33,868 nucleotides of DNA, taken from contig QHTZ01000055.1 in NCBI GenBank assembly GCA_003221005.1, forward strand, positions 1 to 33,868, in the 5' to 3' direction. Position numbers and translations under genes: made by a program. The notes beneath the pieces were generated by a model. That model had not been told where the DNA came from. It searched no databases and saw only the letters and a list, made by a program, of their open reading frames with translations. Shown in pieces: positions 16,304 through 25,765 of this stretch. The stretch is from Gemmatimonadota bacterium. Its GTDB lineage: Bacteria; Gemmatimonadota; Gemmatimonadetes; Gemmatimonadales; GWC2-71-9. How positions within the stretch are numbered: the first letter of the stretch is position 1; each line of letters starts with the position of its first letter.

Positions 16304-17510
16304 GCTGTGGTGGGTGCTGCTCCTCGCGGGGGCGGTGACGGTCGCGGCCATCGCGGGGCTGAGGCACGGTACGCCGCCGCCCGACGTGGACTACCGGACC
16401 TCGGCATTCCTCAGCGGGCCGCGCGGGAGCAAGGCCCTGTACGAGGTGCTCGCTCGGCTCCGTTTCCCGGTCGAGCGGCGCCGCGCGCCGCTGTTCGAAC
16501 TCACCCGCGCCACGGCGCGGCGCCCCGCGGTGCTGCTCGTGCTGGGTCCCGTCATTCCGCTGCTCCCGGCCGAGCTCGCGCAGGTGGCGCGCTTCGCCCA
16601 CACGGGCGGCTCGGTAGTCGCTGCGGCGGGTGGCGGAGGTATCGCGCGCTGCGCCGGGTGGCGCCCGCGCCATGCCCCGAGCCCGTTTCTCGACGACACC
16701 ATTGGCGTCCTCCCCCCGCGGCCGGGGCTCGGGCTCCCTCCGGTCGCCAACGTGCTCGAGCCGGTGGTCGCCGCCGAGCAGCAATCGAAGGTGGACGAAT
16801 GCCGGCTGCTGGTGCCGTCGGCGCGGGACACGCTGCTTGCGGCGCGGGACGGGAGTCCCGTCGCCTTGCGACTGCGCTACGCGGGGGGTGGCAGCATCGT
16901 CCTCTGGGCGGACCAAGGCTACTTCCGCAACAGCGCCTGGCGTGAGGGGAGCGTGCCGTATTTCGTAGCCCCATTGCTGACGCCGGCGCAGCCCGGCCTG
17001 ATCGTCTGGGACGAATACCACCAGGGCTTCGGCGAGGAGGTGTCGCTGGCTGCGACGACGCTCGATTGGCTGGTCAGCACGCCGGGCGGGTGGGCGCTGC
17101 TCCAGCTCATCGGTGTGCTCCTTGTCGCGCTTGCCGTAGCGGCGGTGCGGTTCGGCCCGGCGCGACCCGCCGTGGAGCGGCGCCGCCGCTCGCCGCTCGA
17201 GCATCTGGAGGCCCTCGCCGCCGGGCTCGAGGGCGCGGCGGGAGTCGACACCGCTCTGCAGCTCACGGTCGCGGGGCTGCGGCGGCGCCTCTCTCGGACA
17301 GGGCGGGAGCGAACGCCGCCTGGCGGCGAGCGGCAGTGGCTCGCCGCGCTCGAGTTGGCCCTGCCGACCCCGCGCGGCCGCGCCGCGGTACGTCGCCTCG
17401 AGCGGTCCGTCAGCGAACCCGGGGGCGTGGAGCGGGTGCTCGCCGCCGCCCAAGCCGTGGAGGACGTGTGGGAGGAGCTTCGCCCGCGCACGACGCGCGA
17501 CGCATCCTAG
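16287..17510 (+). CDS. DUF4350-like membrane-anchored protein
   Basis: N-terminal TM, SAFLSGPRGSKALYEVL, GGGSIVLWAD..YFRN, WDEYHQG, C-terminal TM followed by RFGP and EHLEALA. Start reset to ATG 16287. Confidence 0.82.
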   Translation: MSRRTELWWVLLLAGAVTVAAIAGLRHGTPPPDVDYRTSAFLSGPRGSKALYEVLARLRFPVERRRAPLFELTRATARRPAVLLVLGPVIPLLPAELAQVARFAHTGGSVVAAAGGGGIARCAGWRPRHAPSPFLDDTIGVLPPRPGLGLPPVANVLEPVVAAEQQSKVDECRLLVPSARDTLLAARDGSPVALRLRYAGGGSIVLWADQGYFRNSAWREGSVPYFVAPLLTPAQPGLIVWDEYHQGFGEEVSLAATTLDWLVSTPGGWALLQLIGVLLVALAVAAVRFGPARPAVERRRRSPLEHLEALAAGLEGAAGVDTALQLTVAGLRRRLSRTGRERTPPGGERQWLAALELALPTPRGRAAVRRLERSVSEPGGVERVLAAAQAVEDVWEELRPRTTRDAS

Positions 17511-18424
17511 ACGCTGTGCGGCTGGTGGTGCTCGGCCAGGACGGCGCGACGCGGGAGGCGCTCATCTGTCTACTCGCCCGCGGCCATGTGCTGCTGGAGG
17601 GCGTGCCCGGCACTGCCAAGACGCTGCTGGTGCGGACTCTGGCGCTCGCCCTTCAGGTCCGCTTTCAACGCATCCAGTTCACCCCTGACCTCATGCCCGC
17701 GGACATCACCGGCATTTCGCTGCTCTCGGGCACGCACGAATTCACTTTCCGGCCCGGCCCGGTGTTTGCCGATCTGGTGCTCGCGGACGAGATCAACCGC
17801 GCCCCCGCGAAGACACAGGCCGCGTTGCTCGAAGCGATGCAGGAGCGCACCGTCACCGTGGACGGCACGGCGCACCCCCTCTCCGACGTCTTTACCGTGT
17901 TCGCGACGCAGAACCCGATCGAGTTCGAGGGCACGTATCCGCTCCCTGAAGCCGAGCTCGACCGCTTCATGATGAAGGTGCTGATTGGATACCCCGCGGC
18001 GGGGTTGGAGCAGGGGATCCTCACGCGCTATGTCGGGGGGTTCGAGGCCGACCGGCCCGCGACGTACGGGGTGACCGCGGTGACCGATGCCGCCGGGCTC
18101 GAGCGGCTGCGCCGGGCCGTGGAGGCGGTGCGGGTGGAGCCCCAGATCACCGCCTACATCACGGCCATCGTGCGGGCGACGCGCGAGGCGGCGTCGCTCA
18201 CGCTGGGGGCAAGCCCGCGCGCCGGCGTGGCGCTGCTCAAGGCCGCACGGGCTGGCGCGCTGCTCGCGGAGCGCGACTACGTGATCCCCGACGACGTAAA
18301 GGGGATGGCGCCAGCGGTGCTGCGGCACCGCGTGAGCGTCGCCCCGGAGCTCGAGCTCGAAGGCGTGACGCCCGATGCCGCCCTCCAGGCCGTGCTCGAC
18401 AAGACCGAGGTGCCGACGACGTGA
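17468..18424 (+). CDS. MoxR-family AAA+ ATPase
   Basis: GHVLLEGVPGTAKT, RIQFTPDLMPADITG, LADEINRAPAKTQAALLEAMQE and ATQNPIEFEGTYPLPEAELDRF. Start is approximate (GTG 17468). Confidence 0.95.
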   Translation: MGGASPAHDARRILDAVRLVVLGQDGATREALICLLARGHVLLEGVPGTAKTLLVRTLALALQVRFQRIQFTPDLMPADITGISLLSGTHEFTFRPGPVFADLVLADEINRAPAKTQAALLEAMQERTVTVDGTAHPLSDVFTVFATQNPIEFEGTYPLPEAELDRFMMKVLIGYPAAGLEQGILTRYVGGFEADRPATYGVTAVTDAAGLERLRRAVEAVRVEPQITAYITAIVRATREAASLTLGASPRAGVALLKAARAGALLAERDYVIPDDVKGMAPAVLRHRVSVAPELELEGVTPDAALQAVLDKTEVPTT

Positions 18425-19740
18425 TCCTGCCGACGCGGCGCGCGCTGGCGCTCGGCGCAGCCCTGTCGGTGGTCGGTGTGCTCGGCTTCCGCGCGCCGCG
18501 CGCGCTCGACGCCATGCTGGTCGCCGACCTGGCGCTCGTGCTGGGCATCTGGCTCGACGCGAGCCGCGCCGTCCGTCCCGGGTCGCCCGATCTCGTGGTG
18601 CAGCGCGAAGTGGCACCCGCCTTCTCGGTCGGCCGGGTGGGCACGGTCGTCTATCGCTGGATCAACCGCTCGCGCCGGCGGCTCCGGCTCCGGGTGCGCG
18701 AGGTCCGGCCGGACATCCTGGGCGGGACGCAACGCCCGCGGGGCGTGTCGGTCGGCCCACGCGGCGAGGCCCGCGAGACGCTTCCCGTGATGCCTGTACG
18801 TCGGGGCCGCGAGCGGGCTGGAGCGATGGTCGCAGACAGCACGGGCCCGCTCGGGCTCGGCCGGCAGCGAGAGTGGATCGCTCTCCCGTGGGACGCGGTG
18901 GCGTACCCGCCGCTCGTGTCGGTGCGGCTCCGCAGCTCGGTGGCACAGCCGCGGCGGCGCCGTGAGCCGGGCGTTACGCCTGTCCGCCGGCTGGGCGAGG
19001 GACGCCTGTTCGAGTCGTTGCGGGAGTGGGTGCCGGGCGACGACATCCGTCATATCGACTGGAAGGCGACAGCCCGGCGCCGCAAGGTGATCGCCCGGCA
19101 GTACGAAGCGGAGCGGCGCCAGCATGTGCTGCTCGTGCTCGACACGGGGCGGCTGCTGACCGCGGAGATCGCGGGCGTCGCCCGTATGGACTACGTGGTG
19201 CAGGCGGCGCTTGAGCTGGCCTACACTGCGACGCAGCACGACGACAACGTGGGCATCATGGCGTTCGCCGACGGCGTGCAGCACTTTGTCCCCCCCGAAC
19301 GCGGCCGGCGCGGTCTGAAGGGCGTGGTGGACGTGCTCGCGGTCGTGGAGCCGCGTCTCGTCGAGCCCGACTATCCCGGCGCGTTCCGCTATCTCGCGGT
19401 GCGCAACCGCAGGCGCGCGCTCACGCTGCTGTTCACCGATGTGATCGCTCGCTTCGCCTCCGAGGCCCTGGTGGCGAGCGTCGGCTCGCTGCGCCCTCGC
19501 CACCTCCCCCTGGCCGTGACCCTCCGCAACCCCGAGCTCGACGCCGTCGCCGCCTTGCGCCCCCGCGAGCCCCGCGACGCGTTCCGGAAGGCTGCAGCCG
19601 AGGAGTTGCTACACGCGCGGGAGGAAGCGTTGACGCACATGCGGCGAGCGGGCGTGCTGGTGCTCGACGTCGCGCCCCAACGCGCGGCCCAGGCGGTGGT
19701 CGCGCAGTACCTCGATTTGAAGCGGCGGGGGCGTCTCTAG
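18421..19740 (+). CDS. DUF58 / VWA-like MoxR partner
   Basis: FESLREWVPGDDIRHIDWKATAR, YEAER, LVLDTGR and LLFTD; N-terminal TMs. Confidence 0.92.
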   Translation: MILPTRRALALGAALSVVGVLGFRAPRALDAMLVADLALVLGIWLDASRAVRPGSPDLVVQREVAPAFSVGRVGTVVYRWINRSRRRLRLRVREVRPDILGGTQRPRGVSVGPRGEARETLPVMPVRRGRERAGAMVADSTGPLGLGRQREWIALPWDAVAYPPLVSVRLRSSVAQPRRRREPGVTPVRRLGEGRLFESLREWVPGDDIRHIDWKATARRRKVIARQYEAERRQHVLLVLDTGRLLTAEIAGVARMDYVVQAALELAYTATQHDDNVGIMAFADGVQHFVPPERGRRGLKGVVDVLAVVEPRLVEPDYPGAFRYLAVRNRRRALTLLFTDVIARFASEALVASVGSLRPRHLPLAVTLRNPELDAVAALRPREPRDAFRKAAAEELLHAREEALTHMRRAGVLVLDVAPQRAAQAVVAQYLDLKRRGRL

Positions 19741-19774
19741 TAGATTGGGGCCGGCCTTCGCCGGATTGGCGCAC

Positions 19775-21415
19775 ATGCGAGCCGGACCCCCGATCACGCT
19801 GGCCGTGGCACTGTGCAGCGGCGCAACCGCCGCGACCTGCGTCTTTCCGACCGAGCGCGACTCGTCGGTGCACGTCAGTTTGACCAAGATCCCCATCCTG
19901 TTCCGCGGCGAGGACACGGTCGCCACGGCACGGGCCTGGCAGATGGTCGGGCCAGGCGATTCCCAGCCGATCCCGAACGTCGTATTTGTCTGGTCCAGCA
20001 GCAACCCGAGCGTCGCGACGGTGGACGGCGCCGGTCACATCGTCGGCGTGACGTCCGGGACCGTGATCATCACCGCGGCGGCGGCGAACTTCGACAAGCA
20101 GGCGCGGGCGGCGGCCGACACGCTGCGGGTGGCCGCCCCGCTAGAGATCGACAGTCTCCGGCCAAAGGGCGTGAAGTACGGCGAGATATTGTCTATCTAC
20201 GGCGTGGGGGTCGACTCGATCTTCTCGGCGTCGCTCGCCGGCGCCCAGCTCATCCGCGTGCCGTTTGCGGACACCCAGTTCGCGGGCGGCACCGAGCGTT
20301 CGAAGTGGTGGGTACCGCCGCCCGCCCATACGGACACGCTGTTCTTCCTCGGGATTTCGGGCCCCAACGGCATCTTTGGCTTCTTTCACGGCGACACCAC
20401 CCGGGTCACCGAGGTGGATCTCTTTGAGCCGAACGACATCATACCTACTACGATCAGCCTGAACGCGCCGCCGCCGTTCGCCGTGTTTCCGACGCTCGAG
20501 TTCACGAATCCGGCCCTCGCGTTCGAGCCCATCAAGCGTCCCGCGCTTGCGGGGTCGGACTGGTACCGTTTTACGCACGCGGGGGCGCGCGACGTGACGA
20601 TCATTCTCAGTGCGCCACAGATCGCTCGCACCTTCTCTACCTTCCTCACCGACTCGCTCATCTGGGACCCGGCGAAACAGACCTACACCATCGGTCCTGA
20701 CTCCTGGACATTCGGTCCCAAGTCGCACGTCTGTCACGGAGTCCCCTGGGCCCCCGCCGCCTCCCCCTCCACCTCCATGCCGGATGAGGCACCCGCGGAC
20801 TCCACGATCGTGGCGTTCAAGAACCTGAGCCTGCCCCACGACTTCCTGGATGCCGTCGCGGTCTATACCGCACAGGGACGCTACGGGCTGACGGTGATCA
20901 CCGGGTACCAGAGCGAGCTACCGGCGGACAGTCACGAGGACGACAACTCGTGTAACGCCGCGGACTCTCGTCAGGTGTTCGCTGTCCCGTTTCGCGACAC
21001 GCTGGCGATCGAGAACCCGCACGACGTGGACTGGATCCGTTTCACTGTCGCCAGCCTGGGCAACTATCAGTTCCGGCTCCACGCGTTCCCGGGCGTCCAC
21101 CCCGACTCGCTGAAGGACCTCGATCTCTACGTGGTCAAGGTGCCCAATCCCGGGGACCCGTCTCTCTCGATCATCATGGCGGACACCGCTGCGGGCTCGG
21201 ACGTAAACCGCACGGTCGTAGGGCTTGCTGCGGGGAGCTACTACGCGGTGGTGGTCGACTTCGCGGGGACGGCCACGATGTACGAGATATGCGCCGCGCC
21301 GCTGCTCGGTTCCTGCAGCACAAGCTTCCCCGCGCCGCCCCTGTCCACCGGCGCTAGCACCGTGCGGCAGCGGTCCGCTCAGGCACCCCTCCTCCTGCCG
21401 AGCCCGCGCCCATGA
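19775..21415 (+). CDS. Exported (possibly lipo-) protein with Ig-like Big_2 domain and PPC-like beta-sandwich domains
   Basis: Signal-like N-terminus ending AATC; WSSSNPSVATVDGAGHIVGVTSGTVIITA (Big_2); FEPND...DWYRF and HEDDNS...DVDWIRF...DLDLYV...LAAGSYY. Confidence 0.78.
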   Translation: MRAGPPITLAVALCSGATAATCVFPTERDSSVHVSLTKIPILFRGEDTVATARAWQMVGPGDSQPIPNVVFVWSSSNPSVATVDGAGHIVGVTSGTVIITAAAANFDKQARAAADTLRVAAPLEIDSLRPKGVKYGEILSIYGVGVDSIFSASLAGAQLIRVPFADTQFAGGTERSKWWVPPPAHTDTLFFLGISGPNGIFGFFHGDTTRVTEVDLFEPNDIIPTTISLNAPPPFAVFPTLEFTNPALAFEPIKRPALAGSDWYRFTHAGARDVTIILSAPQIARTFSTFLTDSLIWDPAKQTYTIGPDSWTFGPKSHVCHGVPWAPAASPSTSMPDEAPADSTIVAFKNLSLPHDFLDAVAVYTAQGRYGLTVITGYQSELPADSHEDDNSCNAADSRQVFAVPFRDTLAIENPHDVDWIRFTVASLGNYQFRLHAFPGVHPDSLKDLDLYVVKVPNPGDPSLSIIMADTAAGSDVNRTVVGLAAGSYYAVVVDFAGTATMYEICAAPLLGSCSTSFPAPPLSTGASTVRQRSAQAPLLLPSPRP

Positions 21416-22935
21416 CCAACGGCACGGTCGAATGCATCAGCTGCCATACGCCGGTGCCCGAGAACAGCCGGTACTGCTCGGTGTGCGGCGCCGACCAGTC
21501 CGGCGGTGGTGGACCGACCAGCACCACGAGCGCCGCGGCGCTGCTCCAGCGGCTCCAGCGCCTCGTGGAGGGCAAGTACAAGATCGAGCGGATGCTCGGC
21601 AAGGGCGGGATGGGCGCGGTGTTCCTCGCGCACGATCTCACGCTCGAGCGCGAGGTCGCGATCAAGCTGCTGCCGCCCGACATCGCCCAGGACGATCAGG
21701 TCGTGCGCCGGTTCCAGCAGGAGGCCAAGACCGCCGCCAAGCTCGACCACCCGAACATCATCCCGATCTACCGCGTCGAGAGCGAAGGCGGCCTCAACTA
21801 CTTCGTGATGAAGTACATCTCGGGGACGTCGCTCGAGGACGTGTTGGAGCAGAAGGAGCCCCTCGCCGCCGACTACATCCAGCGGGTGCTGTGGGAGGCT
21901 GCCTGCGCGCTCGGGCACGCCCACCAGCGCGGCGTCGTGCACCGCGACGTCAAGCCGGCGAACATCATGTTCGACCATGACGGGCGCGTGATGCTCACCG
22001 ACTTCGGAATCTCCAAAGCGCTCCAGGCGGCCACCGGCTTCACAGCCACGGGGATGATCATCGGTACGCCGCACTACATGGCGCCCGAGCAGGCGAAGGG
22101 GGCGACGGTGGATGGACGCGCCGACGAATACTCGCTGGGGGTGGTCGGGTACCGCATGGTCACGGGCGCGCTGCCGTTCAGCGGCGACTCGGTGCACACC
22201 ATTCTCTACAAGCACATTTTCGAGCAGGCGCCGCAGGCCAAGTCGCTCCGGGCCGACATCCCCGACCACATCTCCGCGGCGATCGGGCGCGCGATGTCGA
22301 AGGACCCGGGCGAGCGGTTCGCGACGATGGAGAGCTTCGCGACCGCCGTGTGGCCGGAGCAGCCGGTGGTGGCAGCGGGCCCGGCGCGCCCGCCTACCCG
22401 GCCCGCGGCGCGGGCTCGCGCCGGCGCCACTCCGGAGGCGCCGACCGAGGTGACAGCGGCGCCCACGACGCCGCTCCCTGTGGCGCGGGGTGCGGCGCCG
22501 CGCAAGTCGAAGACCGGTCTCCTCGTGAGCGCCGCGCTGGTCGCGGTCGCGGCCGTAGGAGGATACCTGGTGTTCGGGCGGGGCACGGCAGCGCCGCCCG
22601 AGCCGGCGTCGCAGCCCGCCGCCACGCGGGTGGACACCGTTCGCGTCTCGGACACCGTGCGGGTCCCACAACGTCCCTTCCGGATCGATCGACGCCAGCC
22701 GGTGACCGTTCCTTCCGCCGGCCAACAGGGCTACGTCACGGTGAATGCCGAGCCGTACGGCGAGGTGTACGTCGACGGCGTGGATGTCGGCCCGACACCC
22801 GTCGTGCGCTACGCCGTCCCTGCGGGCGCGCACACGATCAAGGTCGTGCGCGAGGGGTACCGGTCGGTGACCGAGCGCGTCCAGGTGGACGCCGGGAACA
22901 CCGTGCCGAAACGCTACACGCTCTTGCCCGAGTGA
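21412..22935 (+). CDS. Hanks-type Ser/Thr protein kinase: zinc ribbon - kinase - TM - PEGA
   Basis: CISC..CSVC; GKGGMG, VAIK, HRDVKPAN, DFG and GTPHYMAPE; Pro/Ala linker; TM; C-terminal PEGA-like VYVDGVDVGPTP...GAHTIKVVREGY. Confidence 0.93.
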   Translation: MTNGTVECISCHTPVPENSRYCSVCGADQSGGGGPTSTTSAAALLQRLQRLVEGKYKIERMLGKGGMGAVFLAHDLTLEREVAIKLLPPDIAQDDQVVRRFQQEAKTAAKLDHPNIIPIYRVESEGGLNYFVMKYISGTSLEDVLEQKEPLAADYIQRVLWEAACALGHAHQRGVVHRDVKPANIMFDHDGRVMLTDFGISKALQAATGFTATGMIIGTPHYMAPEQAKGATVDGRADEYSLGVVGYRMVTGALPFSGDSVHTILYKHIFEQAPQAKSLRADIPDHISAAIGRAMSKDPGERFATMESFATAVWPEQPVVAAGPARPPTRPAARARAGATPEAPTEVTAAPTTPLPVARGAAPRKSKTGLLVSAALVAVAAVGGYLVFGRGTAAPPEPASQPAATRVDTVRVSDTVRVPQRPFRIDRRQPVTVPSAGQQGYVTVNAEPYGEVYVDGVDVGPTPVVRYAVPAGAHTIKVVREGYRSVTERVQVDAGNTVPKRYTLLPE

Positions 22936-23984
22936 TGAGGGCCATGCGCTCGAGCGGCTTGCTCCTGATGCTGGCGCTGGGCATCCCGGCGGCGGTGCGT
23001 GCTCAGGCGGCGCCCGCGCCGCAGAACGCGACGCTGCGCGCCGCGATCCAGGCGTACGAGAACCTCGACTTCACGCGCGCGATCACGCTCGCGCGCCGGG
23101 CGCTGAGCGAACACATGACCGGGCCCGATCAAGCGCGCGCCTACGAGCTGCTCGGCTTCAGCTACAGCGCCACCGACTCGCAGGTCAAGGCGGTGGACGC
23201 CTTCAAGCAGGCCATCCTGCTCGATCCCGATCGCCAGCTCGACCCCAACAAGGTGTCCCCCAAGATCACGAGCCTCTTCTACTCGGCGCTGGGACAGGTG
23301 CTCGTGGTGCGGCAGCTCCAGGCGGACAGCGCGCGGTTCATCGGTGGGCAGGGCGCGGTGCCGCTCCGGTTCACGGTGACGAGTCCGGCGCGGGTCCGCG
23401 TGCGCGCGGTGAGCGGCTCGACTTCGCTGCTCGTCGACTCCGCCGTCCTCACGGGAGCGGTCAACGTGCGCTGGCTCGCCCGACTCCCGAACGGCGATCC
23501 GGTCCCGTCCGGGACGTGGCTCATCGTGGTGGAAGCGACCTCGGGGCAGAACACCTTCTCCGCGTCGCGGTCGCTGCGGGTGACCTACAGTCCGGTGGAC
23601 ACGCTGCCGCACCTGACCAGCTTGCCGGGTTACAAGGAGCTGCCGGAGACCGAGGTGCCGCCGCAGAGCTGGCGCCCCTTGGGACTAGCGTTCCTGTTCA
23701 CGGGCAGCGCCGCCGCGGGCGCGCTCGCCCTCAACAACGACGGTCTGGGCTCCGCACCGGGGCGCGAGCTGATCGGCGTAAGCGTCGTGACGCTGGCCGC
23801 GGGCTTCGTGATGACGCTCCGCAAGCCGGCACCGCGGCCGGCAGAGGCAAACATCCTCTACAACCGGCTGCTGCGCGAGCAGCTGTCGCAGCGCAACGCC
23901 GACATCGCGAAGGAGAACGTAAAGCGGCGCCAGCAGGTCCAGCTCACGGTCGTGCCCCTGCCCAAGACCGGAAGCGCGCGGTGA
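22935..23984 (+). CDS. Exported TPR protein with FlgD-like Ig domain and C-terminal hydrophobic hairpin
   Basis: Signal peptide (..PAAVRA-Q); TPR ARAYELLGFSY...AVDAFKQAILLDP; WLARLPNGDPVPSGTWLIVVEA; two hydrophobic segments, then a coiled-coil. TGATG coupling to the kinase. Confidence 0.78.
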   Translation: MRAMRSSGLLLMLALGIPAAVRAQAAPAPQNATLRAAIQAYENLDFTRAITLARRALSEHMTGPDQARAYELLGFSYSATDSQVKAVDAFKQAILLDPDRQLDPNKVSPKITSLFYSALGQVLVVRQLQADSARFIGGQGAVPLRFTVTSPARVRVRAVSGSTSLLVDSAVLTGAVNVRWLARLPNGDPVPSGTWLIVVEATSGQNTFSASRSLRVTYSPVDTLPHLTSLPGYKELPETEVPPQSWRPLGLAFLFTGSAAAGALALNNDGLGSAPGRELIGVSVVTLAAGFVMTLRKPAPRPAEANILYNRLLREQLSQRNADIAKENVKRRQQVQLTVVPLPKTGSAR

Positions 23985-24625
23985 GGGCCCTGGCGCTGGG
24001 CGGCTTCTTGCTGGGGCTCTGCACCAGGTCCGCGGCGGCGCAGCACGCGACCCTCGGGCCGGCGGTCGCCGTGGCCGAGTATCGCGAAGTCGCGTCCAGC
24101 CTGCGCTACAGCGGCGTCGGCCCCGGGGCGTCGGCCCGGGTGACGTGGCATCGCTTCACGCTCGATGCCGCGATCGTGTCGATCCAGATGAAGCCCGCGT
24201 CCGGGAGCGCCGCGACGCAGAGTTTCCGCGCTACCGAGATCGACGGGTGGCTGCGGTGGGATGCGCTGAACTACATGAGCTTCGAGGTGGGACTCACGCA
24301 GCGCTCGCCAGACTCGGATTTCGCCGCGCAGTCGCTCGGTGCGGTGCGCGTGGGTGCCCGCACGCGCTACCTCCTCGGACCCGGTGCCACCATCTGGCTG
24401 CGGGGCGACTACCTCGCGGGCGCGCAGTTCTCAGGCGGCGGCACCGCACCGCTGGCCCTCGAGTTGGGCTTGGGCCTCGATCTCGAGTTGTCGCGCCACG
24501 TGCGCGCCCAGGTGGATTACTCCTTCCAGCGCCTGGACCGCAAGACCAACCCCGCCGGCGGCGCGAAAGCGAGCGTGCCGATCGAACAGTCGCTCGCGCG
24601 CCTCGGGCTGACGGTAGGACTGTAG
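23981..24625 (+). CDS. Small outer-membrane beta-barrel-like protein
   Basis: GTG 23981 overlaps the previous stop (GTGA); signal peptide ending AAA-Q; amphipathic strands; C-terminus ARLGLTVGL. Confidence 0.72.
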   Translation: MRALALGGFLLGLCTRSAAAQHATLGPAVAVAEYREVASSLRYSGVGPGASARVTWHRFTLDAAIVSIQMKPASGSAATQSFRATEIDGWLRWDALNYMSFEVGLTQRSPDSDFAAQSLGAVRVGARTRYLLGPGATIWLRGDYLAGAQFSGGGTAPLALELGLGLDLELSRHVRAQVDYSFQRLDRKTNPAGGAKASVPIEQSLARLGLTVGL

Positions 24626-24786
24626 CAGCACACTAGGGCGTCGCGCGGGCGCACCGGGTCGCGCCGCGGTGCACCCGATCGGCGAGCCGGTGAACCCAAC
24701 CCTGCATTGTGCCGTCGCCGGGTGCTGGACGTAACCGGCCGCGCGGCAATCACTTCCGCACCACTCCATCGCGCGACCGGAACGTC

Positions 24787-24802
24787 CGTGATATCGCTCA
24801 CC
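24787..24802. promoter_or_regulatory. CRP/FNR-family-like operator
   Basis: CGTGA-TATCGC-TCACC against TGTGA-N6-TCACA, in the intergenic region about 70 nt before the REC-GGDEF gene. Confidence 0.4.
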
Positions 24803-24873
24803 CCCGCGCGGGGTGCGGTGCGGCATATGCTTGGACGACAACAGCGGAACAACGATACTGCACTACGGTCGTA

Positions 24874-25761
24874 ATGAAATCATCGCGTGCGGGCAACCGG
24901 GCCGCCCGACTGCGGCCGCCGGCGGCTCTGATCGCCGGCGGGCGCGAAGGGGCCGCCTGGGACGTCGAAGGCATCCTGGCGCGACGTGGCTACCTGGTGT
25001 TTCGGGCCCACGCGCTCAGTGGCGCTGTTGCCCTGGCGCGGCGCGTGCGTCCCGACGTGATTATCCTCGACGCCGCCCCGTCCGACCCGGGCGGCCTCGC
25101 GTTGAGCCGAGAGCTTCGCGGCGACCGGGAGGTCGGGGTGAGCACTCCCGTGCTGGTCGCCACGCGCGAGCAACCGACGCCGCGGCAGCATCGTGACGCG
25201 CTGCGCGCCGGGACGTGGGGCTTCCTCACGTCGCCGCTCGGGGCGGCGGAGGAGGAGCTCGTAGCCACGCTCGACACGTTCGTGCTCGCTAAACGCGAGG
25301 CGGACCGCGCTGGGCTCGAGAGCCTGCGGGACGCGGGGAGCGGCCTGTACGACGTGCGCGGCCTGGCGCACCGCGCGCGGGAGCTCACGCTGCAGGCGTT
25401 CCACCACCACGCGGGACTCGCGTGCGTGGCCTTGGGGCCGGCGACCGACGCGGAGGAACGGTTCGCGCGGGCGCTGGCTTCCGGTGGCCGGCAGTCGGAC
25501 GCCATCGGCCGTACCGGGGCCGCGGAGTTCGCCGTCGTCGCGCCCGGCACCGATCGCGGGGGCGCGGTGAAGCTCGCGGAGCGATTCGCGCGGCTGGCGC
25601 CCGGCGTGGCGCTGCGCGCGGGCTACGTCGCCGTCGGGAACGTGCGCTACACGCCGCTCGAGCCGAAGAACATGCTGGCGCACGCACGCAGGGCGCTACG
25701 GCTTGCCCAGGCGGAGCACGCCGGGGCATGGATCCGCGCATTCGACGAGCCACGGAGGTGA
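24874..25761 (+). CDS. Receiver domain + degenerate GGDEF-like domain protein
   Basis: RVRPDVIILDA and TPVLVAT...ALRAG (atypical REC); DAGSGLYD..GL and RQSDAIGRTGAAEFAVVAPGT..GAVKLAER (GAAEF in place of GGDEF). Start is uncertain. Confidence 0.8.
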   Translation: MKSSRAGNRAARLRPPAALIAGGREGAAWDVEGILARRGYLVFRAHALSGAVALARRVRPDVIILDAAPSDPGGLALSRELRGDREVGVSTPVLVATREQPTPRQHRDALRAGTWGFLTSPLGAAEEELVATLDTFVLAKREADRAGLESLRDAGSGLYDVRGLAHRARELTLQAFHHHAGLACVALGPATDAEERFARALASGGRQSDAIGRTGAAEFAVVAPGTDRGGAVKLAERFARLAPGVALRAGYVAVGNVRYTPLEPKNMLAHARRALRLAQAEHAGAWIRAFDEPRR

Positions 25762-25765
25762 TGCG

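Noticed and set aside
13870-16338. 822-aa plus-strand ORF as one gene
   Set aside because: The first ~366 aa are the antisense shadow of RDD-SpoIIM and the last ~210 aa are off-frame over the DUF4129-like gene. Only 14968 to about 15709 is protein-like.
24846-24874. ECF-sigma-like GGAAC/AAC...CGTAA promoter
   Set aside because: The putative -10 overlaps the proposed ATG and the GGAAC spacing is 19 nt; too ambiguous to call.
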